Assembly: GCA_009103225.1 (NCBI GenBank) | Contig: RHPI01002048.1 | Location: 1,017,906 to 1,081,905 of the forward strand | Length of the DNA stretch: 64,000 bases | Direction: 5' to 3' | DNA from: Chlorokybus atmophyticus | Lineage: Eukaryota; Plantae; Mesostigma and Chlorokybus algae | Part shown: piece after piece, positions 28,399-40,099 of the stretch | How the letters are laid out: every line of letters begins with the position of its first letter | How positions within the stretch are numbered: the first letter of the stretch is position 1 | Notes under the pieces: model-generated | What the model was told of the DNA's origin: nothing | Seen by the model: only the letters and a program-made list of their open reading frames with translations | Databases searched by the model: none | Translations under genes and position numbers: made by a program

Positions 28399-31054
28399 CG
28401 GAGTATGCTTTAACCATGGGCCATGATACTTTGGCACTATCAGTGTCATACTGTAGATGTCGTGCTTTTGCAACTCAGTTTATGCATGCATTACATCGGT
28501 AACCATACGAAATTGCAAATGTACCAACACACAAGCGTTCTCTTTCACTTTTTCAACATTAAAACATGGCAACTTGTCATGTGCTTGCCATGCATGTGTC
28601 ATTACATGCACTTGGAACAGATTATTGAACCAACTTGCTGCATGCATCTCAAGCAGCTGGCTATCAACCATCTCTACACAAGTCACTATGTAATCCTTCT
28701 CAACCTTCTTAGCCTTGCCCTTCACTTAGGTAGGGTTGTTCTTTGCAATGTGGCCCAGCTGATGACAGACGTAACATGTGCGAGCTGCAGCAGGTGTAGC
28801 ACCATCAGCAGATGTGCCACCAGTGGGAGGCGTGAATGTCTTCGCCTTCTTTGCCGTGTGCGCACTCGGCTGAGGGTAACGCTTTCCTCCCACCCCTTGC
28901 GGCTTGGCCGCAGCTGCCACATGTGACTTGTCCTGCACCGCCGTGTCATCATAGTACAAATACACACTCACCTTGTGCAGCTTGGCCAAGTCCTCAGAAA
29001 CGCAAGGAAGTCCCGTTGACGTGTTGTACTGCAGCTGATCGCGCACACGCGCATCCAAGCTGCGCTTGTCCCACTCAAACTGCTGAGCCTTGTTCATGGG
29101 CATGAGGCCATTGTTTGCGCGACCCCACAAATGCTTGAAACTCTTGCAGATAAACTGAATCCACCCGACCATTCTGTCGCAACTTACTGAGCTTGTTGCG
29201 AGCCTGAGTAGCCGGGTCCATGCCACCATAGCGCTCCACAAGGAATTGAAATAATGCCTCCACTGTGTTGGTCGCACCATCCTCTGTCTACCTCGCCCAC
29301 TCGGCGAGAGCATCAGATGGCATGAGCAACTCAGCAATAGCAACATGCTCACTAATTGGGCGATTCCGTGGTGTCAAGTAGTGCTCAACAGTGACCACCC
29401 AGTCATGGATGCTGACACTTCCATTGGGCTTGAACTTCTCAAGCTTGTTCAATGCTGTAACCGGCAGCCCCGCTGATGCACCAGCTGCTGAAGTAGCACC
29501 CGCCACCTGTTGGTGTAGCGCCACCAATTCAGACTGCATAGCATCGATGCGTGCCGCCAACTTCACTTGACCGATCAGCTTGTGTTCCAAGTTAGGTCCC
29601 AAGTACCTGAACATATCCTTGCAACGTTGTGAGGTTTCCACCGCCAAGTTGGCCAAAGCCTCAAACGCTATGCACGCTTCCCTTCATATGGAAGTGGCTT
29701 GGTATATATGGTTATGGATATATATGGTTAATATATATGGTTTGCTTCCCTTGGTAAGAGAGAGGCTTGTCGTATATAGTCTTGAGAGCAGCCACTTTGG
29801 CATCACCTCGCACAAGTGGCGAGATGATGTTCGTCAACTCGTGCTCGAGCATGTAGATCACCATCTCTTTGCTTGCGCGAGGGAGTGTGGCAAAGTCTGT
29901 CCCATAGCCATCACGAACCTTCTGCGCCCATGCATCCCACGTTTCCTGACGAAGCTGTGGGTGGGCATTAAGCAGATTCTGACGCTCTTGGGCATACTTT
30001 TTAATGGCCTCGCCAATGACACTCTGAGTGTCCACCTTGAGAAGACTAGTTGAGAGAAGCATCGCGCTTTTGCGTGGCTGCTTCCTTCCTTTGTCACTGT
30101 TAATAGCTTATAGCTTCCACACGTATCCGAGTCTCTCACTTTGTCATCACTTGATGATTCGTGTGATGACAATGAGCAAGGAACGGTGAAGTACTTGTCA
30201 CCTCCCTCTCCTTGGTCAGCCGTCTGCCCAAGGAAAGCCTTTAGCAAGCGCATAAATACATATATTATGCACTGCAAGAGTGGAAAATGCTAGTGACTTT
30301 GTCTCGTCAAGTTTCAAGGGGTTGACGTGGAGTATATAGCCCAAACAAGAGGTCTCCACACACCTCACAATTACACAATTACACTGCGACAAACCACACG
30401 CGAATTGATGCAACGGTTCACGAGCTATGGCTGCATAAAGTTATCACTTTGTACAACCCAGCTTAATTCACAATTGTGATTAACACACGAGGTGGCAAAA
30501 TCTCGTTAAATCAACCTTACATGCCCATATCGACTTCTTGTGAGTTTAAATATCGGCCGCACAAAAAAATTATGGCGGCCTCACCGCACAAGTTGGCGGT
30601 AACAGGACAGTCGATGTTACCACTAAGAATTGCTCAAGGGGATTTATCAAATGTAAGATAAAAAAACCCTTACACCACCACGAATGCACATGGTGGTAAG
30701 CACACGAGGTTATTCTAATCACTATATGATTACTATCATAGTAATCATATACATGATGTTGTGTGCTTGGATGCAATGCTTTAGGGAGGGGCATGAATGG
30801 CTGCCTCGCTTCACACAATAAAACCAAACTAGGCCTGGCGGGATGGGCTAGGCTAGGCATGGCATGGCATGCAGGGTTGTGCAACAGCACAGCTAGCCAA
30901 CAGCAACAACCAACAACAGCCACTACCCACCCTAGCTAGTAGCTAGGTAGCTAGTAGCCGCCGCCGATGTTGTAGTTGCTGCCGCCTACCGCCATTGCCG
31001 CCTGCCGTCGCCGCCTACCCTCCCACATGACCTTGGTCGCCGTGCTCCGATTCT

Positions 31055-31409
31055 CATAAAAGAAGGGGTGTTATCGCCCCCTTTAATCCCCTACCCCAAC
31101 ACCGCTACATGCCACGTCGCTGACACCGTCGCCGCCAGGGGCCACTGCCAGAGCAGAAGATCCCCTGGCTATGACGGCCGCTGCGTTAGAAGTGCCGCCA
31201 TACAGCAGATATCAACACAAGACTCATATCTCCTATCAATATCAGTGTTACAGTACGTTAGTAACACTACCTTAGGGCCTTAACACTAGGTTAACGGCCC
31301 TAATATGGCTTAATTAACTGTATATACCCGTTGGGACCCTTATGTAATCTTAATTAAGAGCGGGGAACCTCTATAAAACCTCTCTAGCTAGAGGTAGCAC
31401 TCCGTTACA
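31055..31409 (-). repeat. 5' LTR of the chromovirus
   Basis: Homologous to the 3' LTR (by eye roughly three-quarters to four-fifths identical, mostly transitions); ends ccgttaca at 31409. Confidence 0.85.
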
Positions 31410-31745
31410 AATATCATTGTTACTGGTAAAATCCAAGCCAAATAGATTGCATTCTCACTGTCTAGCGAAGCTCTTTGTTAAGCACGGCACATTGCAAGTA
31501 CATTATTGGCTAGCGCCTACTGGTTTCGCTCTTAACATGGTTGGCAAACCAACCTTCTATGAAGTCCTCCTCGAAAGTCTAGTTGCATACGGCGAATTGC
31601 TTCAAACACTGAGCAGGCAAGTTGTGTGCTCAAGAACTGCCATCAGGCATGTGTTCATGCCTGCGACGCACGCACACATGATGTACAATGCACAATACAC
31701 TGTGACTGTCTCCAACGGTACCAGAGTGTGGTCACACATGCATTT
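31410..31745 (-). pseudogene. Continuation of the kinase-locus duplicate on the far side of the retrotransposon (copy of ~20155-20520)
   Basis: ggcaaaccaaccttctatgaagtcctcctcg..tacggcgaattgcttc..caggcaagttgtgtgctc matches 20282-20372. Confidence 0.8.
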
Positions 31746-34700
31746 GACGCTTTATGCGTAGCACCATACGATATGTTGGATTCATCAAGGTGAATCAAAC
31801 ATGCACAGCACCATATAGTATGTTGAATCTAACATATCTCTCCAGTGCAGCCGTTGCTCTCACAGCAGTGCAGCCGCTGCTCTCACATGCTCGACAGGAG
31901 ACACACCTATTATATGTCCTTTACATTCAATACGTATGCGGCCATCAAGCATTGTGTGCATATGTAGCCATTTATTATTGGGACCAAGGTACAAATTGTG
32001 CAAAATCTGTAACTTTAGTCGTTATATTGTACACTTTATGTTTATGACAATTATATATAATGATTGAATTGTATATATATATCTCACATGCCATTGCTAA
32101 TAATTATAATAGTATATACATACAATGCGGTTATTCATGCGTGCGTGCCATGCATTGTGACAATTGTTGTAATAGCGCTAGCTTGCTTTGTAGATGATCC
32201 GTTCATGTAATCTATTAGTGACTGAAGATCTTTATCACAAATGTTGGCAACTCTCTTTTGCACCAGCTGCCATTCCCTTTCATTTACAAGTATGTGAATA
32301 GTAAGTTGATGGAATTAGTGAACTTGTCAACATCATAATGCTGAAACGTGTAGCATTGTTTGCTAATTAATATGATGATGGTATTCTTAAGCTTGAAAGA
32401 TGGTAGCGGATAGCGTAACATTTCATTCACTTGCAGGAGCATATGTAACACATACTACTTATTGTACTTAGTGACTTACAAAGCATACGTGACCGCTTTT
32501 TTAAGAATTATATTCATACTAACGTTTACTCTAATTGTTATAAAACATTATGACGATAGTGTTAGCAATTATAAACCAATAACTATATTGACAATGCACG
32601 AATGTGCATGAGTAGTAGAACAAGTAGTGTATGGTATGTCGACAATATTTTTGGATATATAATGTACATCACTTCGTTCAAACGAAAATATTAAGTTGCT
32701 GCCACCGAGATTTATAACCCTCATGGTGAAGTGAATTAATGTTATGTCAACAATTGAGTTAACATCTATGAATACTTAAGATATACTTTTACACTTGCTT
32801 AAGGGCAAAGACAGTAAATCTTTTACAGCTTGACGTCATGCGCCGCTCTGTTGTTATACCTTCATCATCACTTTATCGGCGCATACATGTTTTAATGCAT
32901 GCCATCTGCCATGTCTGTTATTTGCGAAAATTTCCACAAAACTTTCTTAGTCACCAAAAACGAGTATAAACACTTGTAACAGCTGCAGTCAGTAATTGAT
33001 GGCATCAAATGCCGAAGACCAATAAAGTCATCAACCTTTGCAAAAGCATGCGTGCAACTGAAGTTTTGTTACATGGGCTAGCTGATTTTAGGGTAATGGC
33101 AAACTCTGCACGCATATGGTTGAAAAAAGTACTACATTGAAGTAATAACATGTTTGGATTGTAAAAATACGCACTATCTACTTGTGGTACGCAGCCATCG
33201 AAGTTGTATCCAAAAAGTTCGTTTCACAAATAAGTAATAAATATAAGTAAACAGCTTTGTGCATAAAATAGTAGGGTTGAGCCAACAAACACAGATGACC
33301 AAGTTGAGTTGCATGTGGTTTATGCGCTTGGATAAATTTGGAACATATTTAACTACGAACATCGGCTGGTGCATGTCTCTAATTGCTTTTGCAACACATG
33401 AGATGACACGCATACACAATTGCCGGTAATGCGTGTGCATACCGTGCGAGTGCAAAAGCCAATCGACGATTGACGGCGTGCGCTCGTTCTTATAATTTAC
33501 GATACATGCTGCATGTGTAACTGTATAGAAAACCATTTAAACAATAGTTTATTTTCAAGGAATACAAATACTTTACAAGCAGCCATCATATAGCAAAGTT
33601 GAATTCATGAATCATTAATCAACGAAAATTTTGAAACGCATTATCAAGCATTGCAAAACTACCGTTTACCATGCAATTGGTGTAATGGCATCAAGTGACC
33701 AGCCTTGTAACAAGCTGGGCTATAAACGCATCCACGCACGCACACACACACGCACCAAATTTAAGAGACTCAAAGTACACGCATATATAGTGAAATATTG
33801 GTAGCATAACATACTGGTAGCCAATTCAGCACTGGTACCAGCACTGGTAGCATCGTAGCACCTAGCGTGACCTCATACTTATCTATCATACTATTGACTC
33901 GGTCACCCACTGGTGACCGACATCCTGCATCTTTATGCAGTCACGTGACGTGCTGAATTTGAATTGGTGCCCTCCGAAGACTTGGTGATAGGGAGCTGAT
34001 TGAAAGTTTTGATCAACGTCCTCGCCATGATGTCCACAAGACAACGGTAGGCATCCTACATTGCATTGCAGCCAGCCAATTGCGCTGGATGGAGCACAGA
34101 TCTCACAATCCAGTGTGCGGCACGCGCCGCAATGCCACGAAGTTGTTGGCTGTCACGGCCCGTGACTCACCGGGTGTCTTGTGTAACGTGCGTCGGTAAG
34201 CAATTATGATGCATACCGTATGATCCGCTGCTACGGCGGTGTCCAGGTGACCTGAGTACGTTAGGTTCCGAGTTTAACGAAAGCCCGTCGACAAGCCCTC
34301 GCTGCACACTGCGACGCTGCGGATGTTACTTTAACAGCTGCAAAGTTTGCATTCCGCGTCATGTTTAGCCTTCCTGATCTTTATCGTTCTGCCTTCCTGA
34401 CTTTATTGTATTTGTTGTTGTTGGCTTTTTGTTTCGCAGTGGTGCCCGGTGGGCACTGCCCCGCTTGTTAGACTGTGCTGCGAATAGGCCTAACGTTACT
34501 GGCATAGCAGTCCCGTTGAAGTTAAAGGGATGGATGCGAAAAGGCAGACGGTACTATTAAGGTTAGGGTTGTCAGGCTGGCCAGTGAGGCAGTAGGCTTA
34601 GCACTGCTGTAGCAGCCCGGCAGAAGCAGGATTTGACGCGTGGACAAGACGACGGGAGAGAGAAGCCGACTCCAAAACTGCGCAAAACCGCGAAATGAAA

Positions 34701-37700
34701 CAACGGGAGTGGCGGGACAAATTGTAAACATGACAGCCGGCAATTGATTGCCTTGAGGCGGCGGAAGGCAGGGACAAGGCGGAAAGCAGGGGAAGAGACG
34801 GCGGCGGAGGCGGAGGTGGCGGAGGCGGCGGACGTGGGCACTGGCGTGTTGGGTCCCCCTCGGAGATGCTCGCGCTGAAGCGCAGCTGACTTTACTAAGA
34901 CAGGATCTGCGTGGTGGGGTTGTCGCCGGGAGAGTCAGCTAGCTTATGGCCCGAACAGGCAGGAGTTGACTGCCTGGATAGCGCGGCTGGATGCACTGTC
35001 AGCGGCGGCGGGGGCCAGCTGAGGCGGCAAGGGCGGCAGCTGGTCCCCCAAGAACAGCTTGCGCTATCGCTTGTTTGACACTTTTTTTGCTACTGTCGCC
35101 CGCATTGACTGCCGCAGCCCGGAGCACCGCGCATATACCGGGTTTTGTGCCCCTTCACGCCCCGGAGCTCGACGCCCTCGAAACTTGCAGCGAAACATCC
35201 AGGGTGCGTCTCTGGCATTGTGTGGTCTGCCCATTTTCAGATAATGGCGAATGTGTGCAGTTGTTGCCCACGGCCAGAAGCGCACCTTTGCTGCAATGGC
35301 CCTGTCCTGCGTTTACATAGCTCGTGTCATGCTCGTGTCGTCGGGTGTTTGAACTGAATGAGTTTGCAACGTGCTGAGTGGCCATTGCGTTGCTGTCGAT
35401 GTTGCGTTTTGAATAGGAAAAATGACAAGTGAATGGCAAAGCTGGCCTTCAAGCTTGTTTATGTTAAGAAACCAGCTTATGCGTTGTCACAACGGCGCAA
35501 TGCATGTCACAGCCGATTCCACTGCACAATGCGTGCACGCTTACGTCCACTGCACGCTTTGACACACTGTCAACCTATTGGACATTCACGCTTCTTCTTG
35601 GCAGGTTTGCGCGGATGGGAACTGCACATACTCGGGCTGCACGCAACCCACTAGTATTGCTATAATTACAGGTAAGCGCAGATTGCACAACATTATTACT
35701 CATTGGGTTTCCTTCATGCTAGCTCGAGAATTTTTTTACGACTCTGGTCATCGATGGGCTGTGATGGAGTGCATCCGTGGTGTAATGTGCGCTTTCTGCG
35801 TCTAGGTTGTTGGTCAGTATGTCACCCTAGTTGCATGGTTCGTGATGTTATCTTGGTCCAGTAAGTGGTCTGCAGATATACCAGTTTTTGATGGCACGTG
35901 CACATGCTAGCAGCCTGTCTCCATGCACGAACATTGATGTACGCAATCAAAGCAGCTAACCATGAAGTTGTCACTGTACAGTGTTGCCAGCTCGGTCTTG
36001 TGTTGCATTTTATAGCACAGCCAGTTCTTTTTCCGTGGCGCTTACGCATAGTCTTGCAAGGCGCTCAGTGGCTCATTCAACTTGTCAACATTAACTAAAT
36101 AGGTCAACTTACACTGCAACTGTTTGCGCAGTTGACACAAATTCCACCTCTAGTATTGAGACTCAAGCCACTTGCACCATTCTCTGCTTTCGACCAGACC
36201 CGTAAGTGCCTGTTGTTGTTGAACAACCTGGTGTGTCTGCTTATTATAAGGTGCGGAGGTTTCAAAGTCAATATGGGTTTGCAATCAAGTTTCCAGTTGC
36301 ATGCCGCTGCTGCTCTAACAGCTTCCTTGTGCTTGCAGGGTCTGCGGTGTCAACGGTCAAACTTACTGGTAAGCAAATGACGCCAGCATATATGTGAACA
36401 GCAGCCTGGGATTCTAGTGCATTGTTATAGCTGCTACAACATGGTTTGGCTTGCGTGACTGTGCTGATGGTGCCTTTCCATTAGGTGTGGTCTGCGCGAA
36501 GCAAGATGTGTGGGGGTGGAGGTTTTGCATCCAGGCTATTGCACACATACATCAGGGGAGCAGGGGGACGCGACAGTCTCCAAGGTTGGAGAGTCCCTGT
36601 TGATTGTCCACGCGTTGTGGCTTACAGTAGCCTTAGTTGTAGTGCTGATGGGCTGTGCCTGACAGCATGTCCACGCAGCAACAGCCTGTTGTGCTCCCAC
36701 ATAGTAACCAGGAGTGCTAGAGACAGAACTCGAAGAGCTGCATGTAGCCGCTGCATGCCTGGTTTAGAACATGCCTTGCACTGATTAAGAGTTGCCCTTC
36801 AAGTGGGATAGCGGTTAGGGCACGCATAAAAAGTTATACACTGTGTAGCCCATTTTGGCCATGCTGTGCGTATCTTGTTTGTAGTCAATGCATGCTGGCA
36901 GTAGTCTTGTCTAGCTTGGCTGCAATCCTGTGTACTGCATGTGCGGAAGTAGATAGACCGGAAGGACCAGAAGTAGACCACCGTTCCACCAGCTTTGGCG
37001 TGTGTTACCTCAAAAGACAAAGGTTCGCGAACATTGAACAACAGCTGAAAGTAGTACAGAAATGCCACACCTATGCAACCAGTTTCTAAACCGCAATCAT
37101 GCAGCCCTTGTGCATGCACGGTCTGATTGTTCTTCACTTCACCTGAGGGAACTTGTCTGACATATACCGCCATGTTTGGTGAATGTAGCATATTGCACTA
37201 CCATGTGATGTGGGGCAAGTATAAGCCGACCGTGTGCACAAAAGGTAATATGCTGTAATGCGAGCATGCTTGGTGTGCTGGCAGTCACAAAACACATTCA
37301 CCCAAAGATTCACGCATGATACAACTCATCACCGAGCTTTAGCTATGTCCACCTTCTCTGCTATCACAACTAGCCTTCTCGTCAGTCATACAAGCATGCA
37401 TGAAGTAATCACCTGCCCATGGCTGTGTACAATCAAGCATAGGCAAAGACAGCAATGTTGTGCATCTCACACTTTTAGTTTGAAGTGCATCCCTGGACAG
37501 TCATCAAATGCCCAAGGTGCGCACGACTGCTGCAGTGATGCATGCACAATCAAATGCGCATCCGCCATGCACAAATATCACCATTATGCAAGCACCTCTG
37601 CGCAGTGAGAGACAGCAGTTGCACTTGACAAAAGCAATGAAGGATACACGCACACGCATCTGTTCAATGTGTGTTGTCGGTAGTTCAACGCATCACTAGG

Positions 37701-37991
37701 CAGTGTCTATGTAATATGAGGGATCAGTTCGGATTGCTTACAGGTCCCACCACCAACCCCAGCCTTTTTTGTAACCACACATCACTATGCTCGAATCCAC
37801 ATGGCATGCATAAAGCACTGCGTCACTCAGTCTGGAGGCAGATGCAACAGTGCTGGTTCAGTCACTGCCACTGACCTGCGTTGCTGAGCCAAAACAGTCC
37901 GGCAACAGTCGGCGTCGGCGTCGGCGTCGTTGGCGACTGCGGCGGCGCAGTCGGAGGAGAGGACGTTGAAAGGTAGGTAGAAAGGTAGGTG

Positions 37992-39766
37992 ATGCGGCTC
38001 TGGGCGCTCGCGCAAGCTACGGGGTCCACCACACTCTGCGCTGCGCTGCACCCGCGCCTACGCAGCTCACCGCGCCTCGCCACCCACCCTCGCCGCCGCA
38101 GGCGAGCGGCTGCTGCCACTGCCTTGGGCCGCTCGCTGACAGGTGCTCGACGAGCTGCATTGCAACAAGATTGCATGCACAACTTCATTCTTTTCACCAA
38201 ACTGTTTCTGATTGCTTGCAAACCATCACGGTGTTCTGGCCTGCAGTTGTTGTGTTTCAGGTATCACTGTCATTTGCAATGCACGTGAGCATGCAGGCTA
38301 CCATGTTGCTCACGCGCATAACCGTGTACCTTTCACTACGTCAGTCTATTGTAACAGTCCTTGTTCTGCTCAATCAAGCCGCTTGCATGTGCAGGCAAGC
38401 TCATGCATACCACCAGCAGGCAAAAGCACACACAACGCTGCTCACTTTTCCTCTTCACAACAAGCAACAACACACTCGTTCGCATGTGAACCACTGCGCG
38501 TGATCAGGTATGGGCAGCGTGCTGAGCGTTGCGGGGGAGCTCGGCAAGCCCAGTGACGCGGCGGACATCGGGGGAGATCCCGGCAAGTATCGCGTGATCA
38601 AGGTGGGGTGACGCGCAACCTGTGTGTGTTGCCAAAGACAAAGCATCCATCCATAAGGATACTGTGCTGTTAACATGGACCGCCCAGGAGGAGACTGTGT
38701 ACTCGCGCTACATCAAAGTGTACGACCGTGTCGTTGAGGTAACTAGCAGACTGTAGGTATGTCGATGATGTACACACATGTGCGCGTGTACACGCTTGCG
38801 CACGCACGTACGAACCGTGAGACAAGAGTGTGGGTAGTTGCACTTACACTACATGTGCCATGCACAGCAACCCTGGGGTCCTTCCGGCCATCGCCAGTCC
38901 GTCGCCTACGACGTGGTTTCCTCCCGCCACCCTCCCCACCGTTTCGTGGCCGTCTTCCCCTACTGCTCCTCCCGTCGCTCCGTCACCCTCATACGCGAGT
39001 ACTGCCAGGGGGCCGACGCGCTTGTGCTCTCGCTGCCGTGCGGGGTGTACGAACCGGGGAGGCATGGGACGCTGGAGGACGCGGCGGTGGCGGAGTTGTC
39101 GGAAGAGGTGAGGAGGGGAGGATGGGTGGGGTGGGGGGTGGGGGGAGTGTGAATGTGGGTGGTTGTGTGTGGCAGGCGCATCTGAAAGGAGGGAAACTTG
39201 TACGGCTGCTGGATCCTTCCCATCCAGGCATTCTCGAGGTGTGTGTGTGTGTGTGCGCATGTGTGTGTCTGTGTGTGCTCGCGCATGTGTGTGTGCGTAC
39301 CAGTGTGCGTGTTCACGTTCATGAGACTGCGCATGCGCCTGTGCGCCTGTGCGTGCCTGCTTGCGCAACCGCCACACGAGCGTAAGAGCGTACGCACCAA
39401 GTCACTGCTTTGAGCTATATAAGCTATACGAAGCTGCGTGTTGCTTCATTTCAGGTGAAGTGGTGCAAGAACCGGTTCACACCATTCCTGGCAATTGACC
39501 CGGAGGTGCAATGCACATCACAACATGTTGGGCTCACTTTTTCGTCAACTGTGCCTCAGACAACACCACAACAACAAATGCCCGCACTGCTGCGCCAGGA
39601 TGACGAGGCTCCGGCCGCGCGCGACGGCGAGGAGGGCGGCATGGAGATCGTGGAGGTCCCGCTGTCTGAGCTGCCCGCGCTGCTGTACGGCGGATCCATG
39701 CTGCTGCCCAGCCTCGCTACGTGCACGCTCGCGCTGCACCGACTAGAGGCCATGAAGCTCATCTGA
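37992..39766 (+). CDS. NUDIX hydrolase with probable organellar transit peptide, multi-exon
   Basis: Exons EETVYSRYIKVYDRVVE, FVAVFPY..VTLIREYCQG..LSLPCGVYEPGRHGTLEDAAVAELSEE|AHLKGG (Nudix box Gx5Ex7-ELxEE-A), VKWCKNRFTPFL, GMEIVEVPL..LLPSLATCTLAL. The N-terminal exon is R/A/S-rich. Confidence 0.85.
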
Positions 39767-40099
39767 ACCGATTGTAGTCTGCATACTTATTACAACCATA
39801 TATCTGGACAGCGTAAACCCGCTGTGAGAAGGTGCACACGTATGGACTATGGGGTGGGAGTGGGAGTCTGTGCTGCTGTTGTTGTCTTGGTTATTACAAC
39901 ACAACAACAGCAAACAAAGTGACTGAGCTACGTGACTGAGCTACGTTGGAGTTGGGCACAAGTGGCCAATGTGGCCACAATCAGTGTTACCAGAGTACAT
40001 GTTGTATGCTATACAGTAATACACTGATATGAGAGGGGGTGTACACTATGTCGGTATGTATGGTGTGTATGAACAGTGAGGGCGACAACATTCAACCAA

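Larger units (their letters stand above)
24711..31409 (-). mobile_element. Degenerate Ty3/Gypsy chromovirus LTR retrotransposon
   Basis: Minus strand, in order: gag (DWV..VEHYL, ERYGGMDPATQARNKLSKLRQ, CYVCHQLGH knuckle), protease FLIDTGAT (~28040-28075), RT (YRLSPRER..SSPFGAPILF..YPLPRIDDMF..FSTLDL), RNase H start SDASALG, integrase (H..GHFG..WWP..C..C; VFVDRLTKMVH), chromodomain (YVVKWKGYGVEHNT). LTR pair present, with PPT AAGTGGGGGGAA at 25585-25574. Many stops, frameshifts and deletions. Confidence 0.93.

Noticed and set aside
32300-33000. Weak resemblance of broken minus-strand frames to a RecD/PIF1 helicase C-terminus or a SWIM finger
   Set aside because: Key motif residues are missing and the frames are full of stops; no family call is supportable.
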